Assembly: GCA_963751455.1 (NCBI GenBank)
Contig: CAVVUN010000012.1
Span: 32,001 to 96,000, forward strand
Direction of reading: 5' to 3'
DNA from: Nitrospirota bacterium
GTDB taxonomy: Bacteria; Nitrospirota; UBA9217
Length of the DNA stretch: 64,000 bases
The notes under the pieces were generated by a model. The model had not been told where the DNA came from. It saw only the letters and a list, made by a program, of their open reading frames with translations, and made no database searches. Below, one piece after another: positions 18,582-27,576 of the stretch. Within the stretch, counting starts at the first letter, position 1. Each line of letters begins with the position of its first letter. The translations under genes were made by a program, and so were the position numbers.

Positions 18582-19142
18582 ATGAAGTGGCTTTTCGCCG
18601 GAATTGCTCTCATAGGGGTAGGCGGCCTCCTGTATTTTTATATAATGTTTCAGGGCCCCCGCATGCAGGTGCAGCCGAATATCAAGGCTTACGAGCAGAC
18701 CATGCCCCTGCCGCCTTTGGGGATCGTGCCGGTTGAGCCTGATTCAAGAGCTGTGCCTGCCGCAGAGCAGGCATCCCGAATACGAAATCCCCTGCCGGAT
18801 ACAGCGCAGAACCGCGATCGCGGGAAAATCTACTACGGGTACTACTGCGTTTTTTGTCATGGACAGAACGGCCAGGGTGACGGGCCCGTCGGCTACAGCT
18901 ACATGCCCGCGCCGACCGATTTACACCACAATAAAGTAACGAGCAAAACCGATGGCGAACTGTTGAGAGGCATGCTGACAGGCATCGGCCACGAACCCGT
19001 CCTTCCCCGTATCGTACTTCCTGAACACCGCTGGTACCTCGTCACCTATATCCGTGCCCTGGGCAATACGCAGAGGATGCCTGTAGAAAATCCGGGCGCG
19101 TCAGTGGTTACTAAAAGCCGAGCCCCAAATGAGCACCGATGA
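18582..19142 (+). CDS. actE: Monoheme cytochrome c, ActE-like
   Basis: N-terminal anchor, MQVQP..KAYE..MPLPP.G.VP, NPLP, YCVFCHG..GDGPV. Confidence 0.72.
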   Translation: MKWLFAGIALIGVGGLLYFYIMFQGPRMQVQPNIKAYEQTMPLPPLGIVPVEPDSRAVPAAEQASRIRNPLPDTAQNRDRGKIYYGYYCVFCHGQNGQGDGPVGYSYMPAPTDLHHNKVTSKTDGELLRGMLTGIGHEPVLPRIVLPEHRWYLVTYIRALGNTQRMPVENPGASVVTKSRAPNEHR

Positions 19143-19732
19143 AGAAAATAGCGAAGTCTATGCCTACGATGTTCACGATCGGCCATTCTACGCGGTCTCT
19201 GGAGGAGTTTGTAGAACTGCTGAAAGCGCACGACATTGATTTGGTCGTGGACGTGAGGACCATCCCTAAATCACGTTTCAATCCTCAATATAACAGCGAT
19301 ACGCTCGAAGCCGGCCTGAAAGAGCAGAATATCGGTTACATCCATATTCCTGAGCTGGGCGGCCTGCGTCACGCCAGGAAAGATTCGGTTAATACGGCCT
19401 GGGCAAACGCTTCATTTCGCGGATTCGCCGACTATATGCAGACCGAGGAGTTTGAACGCGGATTGGACGGGCTCATACGGAACGCGGCGGGAAGACAGGT
19501 TGCCATCATGTGCGCGGAATCGGTCCCGTGGCGATGCCACCGCTCCCTCATTGGTGATGCACTGCTTGTTCGTGGGATCACGATACTGGACATCATGAGC
19601 AGGACAAGCGTGAAAGAACACTCGCTCACGCCTTGGGCGGCTGTGAATGATGGGAATAGAATAACCTATCCCGGACCTCAGCCGGCTGCTACAGCGGTCC
19701 GGCGCAAACAGAAAAGGGCTCCTCAAAATTAA
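19139..19732 (+). CDS. DUF488 family protein
   Basis: FTIGHSTR, VDVRTIP.SR, LGGLR, MCAE.VPWRCHR. Confidence 0.88.
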   Translation: MKKIAKSMPTMFTIGHSTRSLEEFVELLKAHDIDLVVDVRTIPKSRFNPQYNSDTLEAGLKEQNIGYIHIPELGGLRHARKDSVNTAWANASFRGFADYMQTEEFERGLDGLIRNAAGRQVAIMCAESVPWRCHRSLIGDALLVRGITILDIMSRTSVKEHSLTPWAAVNDGNRITYPGPQPAATAVRRKQKRAPQN

Positions 19733-19784
19733 ATTCGCTACGCCTTCTTACATAACTCGGTTTGTAACTTGCTTACCTTCGATA

Positions 19785-19827
19785 TTGACTACCTAGAGAA
19801 ATCCCTATATAGTTATCTATATATAGT
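19785..19827 (+). promoter_or_regulatory. Sigma70 promoter with overlapping palindromic operator of the first vapBC pair
   Basis: TTGACT-17 bp-TATAGT; CTATATAG..CTATATATAG inverted repeat over the -10. Confidence 0.6.
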
Positions 19828-19843
19828 TTTTGAAGGAGGAGAT

Positions 19844-20104
19844 ATGGCGAGCGCTACTAAGCAGGCTAATTTTTTACTGCCTGAAGACCTGCTGGATGAA
19901 CTAAAGAGGACCGTCGACAAGCGTCAGCAGAGCAAGGTCGTGTCCGAAGCTCTCCGCAAAGAACTCAAACGGATCAAACTGGCAAAGGCATTCGAGGTGA
20001 GCTTTGGCGCCTGGAAAGACAAGGACCACCCGGAAATGCGGGAAGGAGCCGCCATCTATGTCAGGAGGCTGCGTAAATCGACACGGGGGAAAAAGGGCCG
20101 ATGA
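19844..20104 (+). CDS. Putative VapB-type antitoxin (RHH-like)
   Basis: Small basic protein overlapping the PIN toxin start; FGAWKD..HPE C-terminal motif. Confidence 0.7.
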   Translation: MASATKQANFLLPEDLLDELKRTVDKRQQSKVVSEALRKELKRIKLAKAFEVSFGAWKDKDHPEMREGAAIYVRRLRKSTRGKKGR

Positions 20105-20481
20105 AAAATGTTCTTGTTGATACCGACATTCTGATCCATTTTCTCCGTGGTAACGTGAAGGCCCGTAATATTCTATCCGGCCTTCTTGAAGACGCCGACA
20201 TCTTTTGTTCCGTCATTACCGTCGCGGAGATCCATGCCGGAATGAAGTCTCATGAGCGAGAAAAGACCCTCGGACTGCTGGACAGTCTGACAGTTCTCGA
20301 CATTACAGTAAAAATAGCTGAAAAAGCCGGGCAGTACAAACGAAGCATCAAGAGCCAAAGCCTTGAGCTTGATGATTGTTTTATTGCTGCTACTGCTCAT
20401 GAAAAGAATGCACTTCTCTTGACCGGGAATGGAAAGCATTACCCGATGAACAATGTCGACAAGAAAGTCGTCATAGTTTAA
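20101..20481 (+). CDS. vapC: PIN-domain VapC toxin
   Basis: LVDTDILI, SVITVAE, DCFIAATA, LLTGN.KHY. Confidence 0.9.
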   Translation: MKNVLVDTDILIHFLRGNVKARNILSGLLEDADIFCSVITVAEIHAGMKSHEREKTLGLLDSLTVLDITVKIAEKAGQYKRSIKSQSLELDDCFIAATAHEKNALLLTGNGKHYPMNNVDKKVVIV

Positions 20482-20742
20482 TCCTCTACAGTCGTTGTTT
20501 CCCACAAACTGAGAAAAGATGAAGAAGTACGGCATGAGGAGGTAAAAGTACTTCCTGTACTACACATCTTCGACGATTAGGCTAAAAAGAGATATCAACA
20601 TGAAAATAGCTGGAAGCCGTCTAACCAAATCATAGAAACCATCAGGGATATGATTTTCAAGGGGTAGAATCATAATTAGCCAGAAAATCGTAACTTATAA
20701 TATCTCTTGACGATAATATCCAATTGAGATAATATAACCCCA

Positions 20743-21024
20743 GTGATTAAATCCTTCAAAAGCAGAGAGGCCGAAAAGATATTCCGTGGTCGGTTCTCCT
20801 CTAAATTGCCACAGACTATTCAGCGGGCCGCCGCGATAAAGCTGGAAATGCTTCATGCCGCGACAGTCCTCGATACTTTGCGGATCCCACCGGCAAACCA
20901 TCTTGAGGAATTGAAAGGCGAAAGAAAGGGGCAGCATAGTATCCGCATCAATAAGCAGTGGAGAATTTGTTTTACATGGAAAGGCAGCGATGCCTTCGAC
21001 GTTGAAATTGTTGATTATCATTAA
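20743..21024 (+). CDS. higB: HigB (RelE/ParE family) toxin
   Basis: MIKSF, PPANHLEELKG.RKGQHSIRINKQWRICF, VEIVDYH. Confidence 0.93.
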   Translation: MIKSFKSREAEKIFRGRFSSKLPQTIQRAAAIKLEMLHAATVLDTLRIPPANHLEELKGERKGQHSIRINKQWRICFTWKGSDAFDVEIVDYH

Positions 21025-21036
21025 AGAGGTGTGAAT

Positions 21037-21348
21037 ATGAAGACGAAAAAGCGTGATTTTCCTCCCATTCATCCCGGTGAAATACTGGTTGCTGAATTCC
21101 TGGAGCCAATGGGAATCAGTCAGTACAGACTTGCAAAAGACATTGGAGTAACCCCCCGCCGTATCAATGAAATCGTACATGGCCGCCGCTCTATTTCCGC
21201 CGATACCGCGTTGCGCCTGAGCCATTTTTTCGGGATGGAAGCGCAGTTTTGGCTCAATCTGCAAGCCAGATACGATATGGAAGTAGCCAAGGAGGAACTT
21301 CACGATAAGATCATCAAGGAAGTACGTCCCTACTCCCGCGTCGCATAA
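21037..21348 (+). CDS. higA: HigA antitoxin (HTH-XRE)
   Basis: PIHPGEIL..EFL, RRINEIV.G.R.I.ADTALRL, FWLNLQ..YD. Confidence 0.93.
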   Translation: MKTKKRDFPPIHPGEILVAEFLEPMGISQYRLAKDIGVTPRRINEIVHGRRSISADTALRLSHFFGMEAQFWLNLQARYDMEVAKEELHDKIIKEVRPYSRVA

Positions 21349-21357
21349 TCATCCGAA

Positions 21358-21414
21358 ATCCAACGTGCCGGTCGAAAGGGGCTCGGGCAAAATGCGCCCG
21401 GCCCCTCACCCACG
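21358..21414 (+). other. attC-like site of the higBA cassette lacking its R' box (split by IS1182)
   Basis: R'' ATCCAAC, L'' GGTCGA, central GC hairpin, L' TCACC; GTTGATG appears just after the IS end at 23144. Confidence 0.55.
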
Positions 21415-23143
21415 GGAGGCGTATGGCGAGATACAAGGACTATGATTATTCCCAAGGCAAATTCATTCCTGTCAGCTTCGACAAACAAATCCTCCCGGGC
21501 ACCTTCGAACACACCCTTCACTATATAATCGACAACGACATCGACCTTTCCTTATTTGATCTCCGCTATCAGAACGATGAGACCGGCGCCCCGGCCTACG
21601 ATCCCCGGATACTTTTAAAAATCGTCCTCTACGCCTATTCAAAGGGCATCACCTCAAGCCGGAAGATCGCCGACTGTTGCAATAACAACGTCATCTTCAT
21701 GGCCCTCTCCGCCGACACCCGGCCGCACTTCACCACCATTGCCGACTTCATCTCCTCGAACGATCAGGAAACGGTGAAACTCTTCCTCGAAGTGCTCCTG
21801 ATCTGCGACGAAATGGGCCTGATCAGCAAAGAGATGTTCGCCGTAGACGGGTGCAAGCTCCCCTCGAATGCGTCAAAGGAATGGAGCGGAACCAAGAAAG
21901 AGCTGAAGCACAAGAAAGAGAAGATGGAAAAGGCCATCCGCCAGATCGTTACCCGGCACCGGGAGAGGGACAAGACCGAAACGGACAAAGCAGTCATAGA
22001 GAAAGAAGAGCAATACGCCGAAACCCTCCGGGCCAAGGTCAAAAAGATCAAGGAATGGCTGGCGGAGAACGACGACAAGCCCGGCAGCGGCAAGAAGCCC
22101 CGGAAAAGCAACATCACCGACAACGAAAGCGCCACGATGAAGACTTCCCACGGCGTGATCCAAGGGTATAACGGCGTCGCCATGGTGGACAGCAAACACC
22201 AGGTCGTGGTCCATGCCGAAGCATTCGGAGAGCCCGAGCCCCACGTCCTCAAGCCCATGATCGAAAGCACCCGGGAGAATTTCCAAACCATCGGAAAGGA
22301 AGAAGATATCTTCGAGGAAACCAAAGTCACGACAGACAGCGGCTTTCACTCGGAAAAGAACGTGCAGATGCTGATGGAAGAAGGCATCGACGCCTATGTG
22401 GCGGACAACAGGTTCCGGCAGCGGGACCCGCGATTCAAGGACGCAGGAAGATACAAGGAAAAGTTCATGAAAGAACTGGCAAAGCGGTTCGGAAGGAAGA
22501 GCATCTACCAGCCCAAAGATTTCACGGTCAGCCCCGATAAGGATTTCTGCATCTGCCCCGCGGGCAAGCGGCTGTACCGTGATGGCGCCAACGTGCTGAT
22601 CAACGGAAAGCGCTTCATCAAGTTCCGGGGCAGCAAGACGAACTGTATTCCCTGCGGGCTCCGAGCGAAGTGCATGAAGAACCCCGACCAGACGGTAACC
22701 CGGCAGTTCGCGTACTACACCGGAAAGAATGAACAGCATGCCAAGACCTTCACGGAGAAAATGAAAGAAAAGATAGATTCGATCGCTGGCCGGTTTATAT
22801 ATGGAAGACGAATGGCCACGGTCGAGCCGGTCTTCGCAGACATCCGATCAAACCTTGGCCTGGACCGCTTCAGCCTTCGGGGGAAACGCAAGGTCAACGT
22901 CCAATGGGTTCTGTACTGCACCGTGCACAATCTTCTCAAGGTGCATCGATACGGACCGGGGTTTGCGTGATGAGCATAGTGAAGAGTAGCATAGAGCAGT
23001 AAATGAAAGGCAGCCGGGATAGAAACCGGGGCTTGAACAAAGCAGGTCCTCAAACTGTACCAATAATCCGAACAGAGCAGGACAGATTAGACACGATAAG
23101 CCGGGAAAAGAGTTTTCTGCAAAGTGACTTTTCCTACAGGCTC
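21415..23143 (+). mobile_element. IS1182 family element (left end not clearly visible)
   Basis: Transposase plus right end GACTTTTCCTACAGGCTC. Confidence 0.7.
21423..22970 (+). CDS. IS1182 family transposase
   Basis: GAPAYDPRILLK (DUF772), AVDGCKL, TDSGF, ICPAG, VEPVF..I..NL. Confidence 0.93.
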   Translation: MARYKDYDYSQGKFIPVSFDKQILPGTFEHTLHYIIDNDIDLSLFDLRYQNDETGAPAYDPRILLKIVLYAYSKGITSSRKIADCCNNNVIFMALSADTRPHFTTIADFISSNDQETVKLFLEVLLICDEMGLISKEMFAVDGCKLPSNASKEWSGTKKELKHKKEKMEKAIRQIVTRHRERDKTETDKAVIEKEEQYAETLRAKVKKIKEWLAENDDKPGSGKKPRKSNITDNESATMKTSHGVIQGYNGVAMVDSKHQVVVHAEAFGEPEPHVLKPMIESTRENFQTIGKEEDIFEETKVTTDSGFHSEKNVQMLMEEGIDAYVADNRFRQRDPRFKDAGRYKEKFMKELAKRFGRKSIYQPKDFTVSPDKDFCICPAGKRLYRDGANVLINGKRFIKFRGSKTNCIPCGLRAKCMKNPDQTVTRQFAYYTGKNEQHAKTFTEKMKEKIDSIAGRFIYGRRMATVEPVFADIRSNLGLDRFSLRGKRKVNVQWVLYCTVHNLLKVHRYGPGFA

Positions 23144-23212
23144 GTTGATGGGTTTCAAATGACGCTTTCGACCTCAGCAGAAAGCAATGCAGCGAAACAG
23201 CTATGACAACTC

Positions 23213-23254
23213 TTGACACACATCTTATAAATCTGTATAGTTACTATATACAGA
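23213..23254 (+). promoter_or_regulatory. Sigma70 promoter with palindromic operator of the second vapBC pair
   Basis: TTGACA-17 bp-TATAGT; TCTGTATAG..TATACAGA inverted repeat. Confidence 0.65.
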
Positions 23255-23277
23255 ACAGAATTTGATAAGGAGAAGTC

Positions 23278-23574
23278 ATGAAAGCAACCATTCTTGATCT
23301 CAGATACCGTATGAACGACGTATTGAAGGCAATCGAACGCAACGAGAAGGTATCAATTTCTTACCACGGAAAGCAAAAAGGCGTAATTATTTCTGGCGCC
23401 AATTATTCAGCACGCAAGGTCACCGAGCATCCTTTCTTTAATATGCGAAAAACCATACGTGAAACGAAAGTGACAAAAGAACCTTTTCTCGTAAATCCGC
23501 CTGTGCGAAAAAAAGGGAAATCGGTCGAAGAGGAGATGAGCAAACTCCGTGGAGGACGCTATCGTGATCTTTGA
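23278..23574 (+). CDS. Phd/YefM-like antitoxin
   Basis: MKATILDLRY..DVLKAIERNE.V.I.YHGK pattern upstream of a PIN toxin. Confidence 0.75.
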   Translation: MKATILDLRYRMNDVLKAIERNEKVSISYHGKQKGVIISGANYSARKVTEHPFFNMRKTIRETKVTKEPFLVNPPVRKKGKSVEEEMSKLRGGRYRDL

Positions 23575-23941
23575 TACGGATATTTTTATCTGGATACAGC
23601 GGGGAAACCGCAAGGCTGCGCAAGTAGTCGAGGGCGATGAAGAACGATTTCTCTCGGTCCAGACCTACATGGAATTGCTGCAATCTGCTGAAAACAGACG
23701 GCAGCTTGATTACACAAAAACGTTTTTAAAGGATTTCGCTTTTCAAACCTTGCCATTCACGGAGAACATCGGGCATCGTGCGGCAGTCTATATCGAGGAG
23801 TACACGCTATCGAACGGCATTCGGGCTGGCGACGCGGTCATCGCGGCTACTGCTGCGGAGAATAATCTAACTCTCTGTACAGCCAATGCTAAACACTTCA
23901 AACCCATCAAAGATCTGAAGCTTAGGATACTCAAACCGTGA
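23564..23941 (+). CDS. vapC: PIN-domain VapC toxin
   Basis: IFDTDIFI, SVQTYMEL, DAVIAATA, LCTAN.KHF; GTG start overlapping the antitoxin. Confidence 0.9.
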   Translation: MIFDTDIFIWIQRGNRKAAQVVEGDEERFLSVQTYMELLQSAENRRQLDYTKTFLKDFAFQTLPFTENIGHRAAVYIEEYTLSNGIRAGDAVIAATAAENNLTLCTANAKHFKPIKDLKLRILKP

Positions 23942-24007
23942 GACAGCTAAAACTGTACTGTGCGTATCTTTAACATCAGCGAGCGAACCAAATGGAGTCG
24001 GGTCTTG

Positions 24008-24139
24008 ACGGGCTGTTGCTCAAACCGATTTTGTGCTTCGACAGGCTCAGCACGAACGGAAAAATTTTATGTTATCAATGGCCATACCGTTCGCCCTGAG
24101 CCTGTCGAAGGGTGAACGGGGGTTTGGGCAACAGCCCGT
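24008..24139. mobile_element. MITE-like element with 19-bp terminal inverted repeats
   Basis: ACGGGCTGTTGCTCAAACC / GGTTTGGGCAACAGCCCGT ends enclosing a CTTCGACAGGCTCAG...CTGAGCCTGTCGAAG hairpin. Confidence 0.7.
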
Positions 24140-24512
24140 TGAAATATCACTTTTCAGAGGTCATGACGGTCACTTCTCGATTCTTGACAAATAGCAACTT
24201 TCACGCAGTGACTGTTACGGTTTAACTTCTACGAAATCTGTTTAGTAATAGGTATGATAATTACCCCTCGCGATTGAAGCTCCCCCTTCTCATTTCCCCC
24301 TCCAGAGCTAAAGTGCGGTCGCAGGATCGTACTCCCTCATGAGGTCTTCGCCTTCCAGCGCGGTTATCATGAATTTAAAAAGCGTAGACGATGGTTAGGG
24401 AGACAATATATTGAGATTGATTATTACCGGCAGCTTTGCGACCTTGCGTCTTTGAGCGAAAAGGGAACAGTCTTTTTTCTTACGTTTCCAGATCGTCCTG
24501 TGTCTGGCTCCT

Positions 24513-25290
24513 TTAGAGCAGGATACTGATGATTCTCTTCAATAACTCGTCCAGGGGAAAGACCGTCAACGCTAACGAAAGCATCGGAACGAGGGCCGAC
24601 AGCGCAAGAATGATGAATGTCCCGCTGCCGAAGGGAAACAACCGCATTTTGCGGATGATTTCAAAGCTGTTTGCAAGGTCGGAGAGCGATTGGATGTCCG
24701 GGCTGCCGAGCAGCTTTTCTTCTTTGCGCACGCTGCCGCGGACCCACTTCCAGGCGAATGCTTCCGTGTACCTGTCCGCAAGAACACCGTATTCAAGAAG
24801 GCCGTTTCTCTTAGTGCGGAAAAGTTTACTGCTGAATACCATGAGGGGGCCCAGCAAAAGAATGACCGTGATTAATCCTAAAAACGGCATTTGAACACGG
24901 ATGAACACGGAAACAGCGGATCAAAACAATGTGATAGAGCAAAAAGCCATCTCGCCTTTTGGGTGAATCCATTACTGTTCGTAACTTCCTATAAATCCGT
25001 GTTGATCAGATTTTATCCGTGTCCAACTGCTTTTTTCAGGTTAATATGAATACTATGATCAGGGGCGCGAACGATGAAAGAGCTGCGCCCTCATACATGA
25101 TTCTTCCGCCCAGGGCGGCGGAAACAACGGACGCAAAAGCAAAAATAATAAGGCCGAACTGCAGTTGGCCCATGCCCAGGAACCCAAGACCGCCGGCAAG
25201 GTCGGGATGCGTTGGCGTCAATTGCAGTTCGAGATTTGCAATGCGCCTCAATAACCAGAACCATATAGCGAACCTCCATAGCCGCCGGAA
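24513..25290 (-). pseudogene. Membrane protein fragment interrupted by a MITE
   Basis: ...PTHPDLAGGLGFLG...IVFIL joins in frame to ITVILLLGPL...SPDIQSLSDL when 24876-25040 plus one TTAA is removed; 5' part missing. Confidence 0.75.
24876..25040. mobile_element. MITE with TTAA target duplication
   Basis: TTAA at 24872 and 25041; imperfect TIR CCTAAAAACGGCATTTG/CAACTGCTTTTTTCAGG; sister copy at about 47381-47563. Confidence 0.75.
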
Positions 25291-25417
25291 CTATAAACTG
25301 GCACACCGCGTCGATGATGACCGCGATGACAAAGACCTTGCCCACCGCTTTCCATCCGTCTCTGAGCATGTCACGTCGATGATTTTTTTCGGTCCCCCGC
25401 ACGCGCCGCTGCTGCGT

Positions 25418-26251
25418 TTATCTCGTTCCTCCTTCACTTGATTGCTTCCGGCCCGGCGCCGAAGGCGCCGCGTCCTTATTGAGTTTGTTTTGAAGTTCTA
25501 CCATGGCCTGTTGACTCACCCGCATGAATCCCTTCTGGGGACGGTCGAGGTCAGCGATCAGGAACATGACGCCCGAGAACGAGAGGACAAGCGCCAGCGA
25601 AACCATGAGGCTTCGCGCGCCCACGAGTCCCGACCGGTAGCCCATCATGAACATCGCCAGGCACGACAGAAAATAGAGAGTGACCCAGATGGTTGCCGGA
25701 ACGCGGTTTCTGACCGCTACAGTCAATCGCTTCAGATGAAGGTCGATCAGTTCGTTCAGGGACTGAATGAAGAGGCCGGTCGTAATAGAACCATGCGTCT
25801 TTATTGCGGCAGCGGCAGCTTGGGCCCAGAGTTGGTCCTGCAGCGCCTCAGACCGGGCCACTGCCTCCGAGAGTCTCTCCGGTCCATTCTGACCGGCCTT
25901 CACGCGTATATCGACATAATCACGCAGAAGACGACGGATCTCCTCACGGTGGGGATCGGGCAGGAGCGCAGCGCGGAGGTACGTGGTCCCAATCGCGTTC
26001 GTTTCCTCGATGACCATGTTCTTGCGCGAGTCATGACGGGAGGCGGCAGACCCGAAGGTGAACGCCAGCATGAATGCGAGCAATCCCGCAGCTGCTGCAG
26101 CCATGGCGTTTACCGACGACTCCAATGCGGGGTCTTTGTGACGCGCCTTTTTTCCGAGGAAATAACCTCCCTCGATGCAAAGGAAGACAAGCGCCACTGT
26201 CGCCAGAAAGAATTGCCATAGATACAAACTATCAATAGGTATGCCTGAGGT
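25418..26251 (-). CDS. DUF4239-like membrane protein
   Basis: GLLAFMLAFTFG.A.SR.D.R, EETNAIGTTYLR, SLNELIDL, IADLDRP. Confidence 0.75.
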   Translation of the reverse strand, partial: TSGIPIDSLYLWQFFLATVALVFLCIEGGYFLGKKARHKDPALESSVNAMAAAAAGLLAFMLAFTFGSAASRHDSRKNMVIEETNAIGTTYLRAALLPDPHREEIRRLLRDYVDIRVKAGQNGPERLSEAVARSEALQDQLWAQAAAAAIKTHGSITTGLFIQSLNELIDLHLKRLTVAVRNRVPATIWVTLYFLSCLAMFMMGYRSGLVGARSLMVSLALVLSFSGVMFLIADLDRPQKGFMRVSQQAMVELQNKLNKDAAPSAPGRKQSSEGGTR

Positions 26252-26352
26252 CATAATAGTGAGAACCACCCATCTTCGCGCCAATGACCGCGGCGTCTAT
26301 CCATCACAAACGGCCGGCGGCCCGGTTCGGGCTGCCCGGCCACTCAATGCGT

Positions 26353-26655
26353 TTACTGCCGTGCCATCGCGATGCGGATCGCATCCTCCGGTTTGACGAG
26401 GTGCTCCGCGCTCTCGGCGGTTTCCGAGATGTCAAGCTGCACCCCCTTGACGCGGCCGTTGAATGCGTTGCCGTGCGAGCTGTAGTCTTCGGAAACGGGA
26501 GCGCCCGAGTCTTCCCCGACGTCGCAGCCATCATCGGCGGGACCATCGCCAATGTCGCGGGGATTGGACTGGTCCCCCCGACAGAGAAGTGCTTCACGCC
26601 GCCGAGGTTGTAGCAGTACTTCAGCTTGCCGTCCTTCGCGTACAGGCTGACGGTC
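26353..26655 (-). pseudogene. Arylsulfatase C-terminal remnant with internal deletion
   Basis: SLYAKDGKLKYCYNLGG in one frame, then ADDGCDVGEDSGAPVSEDY...AFNGRVKGVQ...RIAMARQ* in another. Confidence 0.65.
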
Positions 26656-26998
26656 CGAAATACGTATTTGGGGCCGTTATTCTTCGTATTTTTGACTCCT
26701 TCCGGATGATACCGGAAGATTTGACACTAGTTCCTTCAGCGATATTCCTACTTTTTGCCGCAATTTTACCGTTTAGAATTGGCCTTTACAGCAGGATGCA
26801 TAGTAGTAAATTAGCTCCACTGGGAAAAAGATCAAGTGGGGCAAAGTAGTATCAGAGCACCCTGGAATGCGGCGGGAAGTGGCTCCGGATTCGGAGCGTC
26901 AATGCATGGGATACTGACCTGAACTGCTTGCTTGCGGCGGAGGCATCAGGAAAAGAAATTGAGCGGGGACTTAAGAGGATGGAGAAGCAAGAACGACA

Positions 26999-27481
26999 TT
27001 ACCTTTTCTGTTTTGCTTTCTTGTTTAAAATATCTTTCTCGATAACGCGCTTGACCGCGGCCCGTACATCCGGATCGCTGATATCCCGGACGTATTGTTC
27101 GATCGTTTCGTAATCCGCTGCATCGAGGGCCGCCTGCACAGGGCGGTCATCCGGAGGCGTCTCAGAAACCGGTATTTCACCGAGGTTGAGCGTAATGTCC
27201 GCAACCGCTGTTCGTCCGAGCGCTTCGTTCACCTTCTTGACAATCTCCGGCTTGAGCAGGGACAGCTGCTGCATCCAGGCGGGGCTGTCCACAGTGAGAT
27301 AAAGCCTTTTGCCGTGGAGTTTTACAGGCAGTGCATGCCGCGCAATAGCCGGACCCACGGCCTTTTCCCAGCGGCCCAGCACCCGGTACTCGCTCAGCCG
27401 GGATTCAAGTCCGCGCGCTTTTAACAGGCTCTGAAGCGTAACGTATAATTTGCTCGGTTTTTTGCCCACAGATTTCATCAT
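26999..27481 (-). CDS. dciA: DUF721/DciA family helicase-loading protein
   Basis: WEKAVG..IA.HA.P..L....L.L.VDSPAW.QQL..LK..I..K.N. Confidence 0.8.
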   Translation of the reverse strand: MMKSVGKKPSKLYVTLQSLLKARGLESRLSEYRVLGRWEKAVGPAIARHALPVKLHGKRLYLTVDSPAWMQQLSLLKPEIVKKVNEALGRTAVADITLNLGEIPVSETPPDDRPVQAALDAADYETIEQYVRDISDPDVRAAVKRVIEKDILNKKAKQKR

Positions 27482-27576
27482 AGCATATTGATACTTCTTT
27501 TGACAACAGTGATTCAGACGGTTATAATACTGAATATTTCGTATTTTTTATTGATTTTCGAATAGAGGAGTTCTGA

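Noticed and set aside
26999-27481. Functional link between dciA and the TIR-DnaB cassette by proximity
   Set aside because: About 17 kb apart and dciA lies in core-gene context; proximity is probably coincidental
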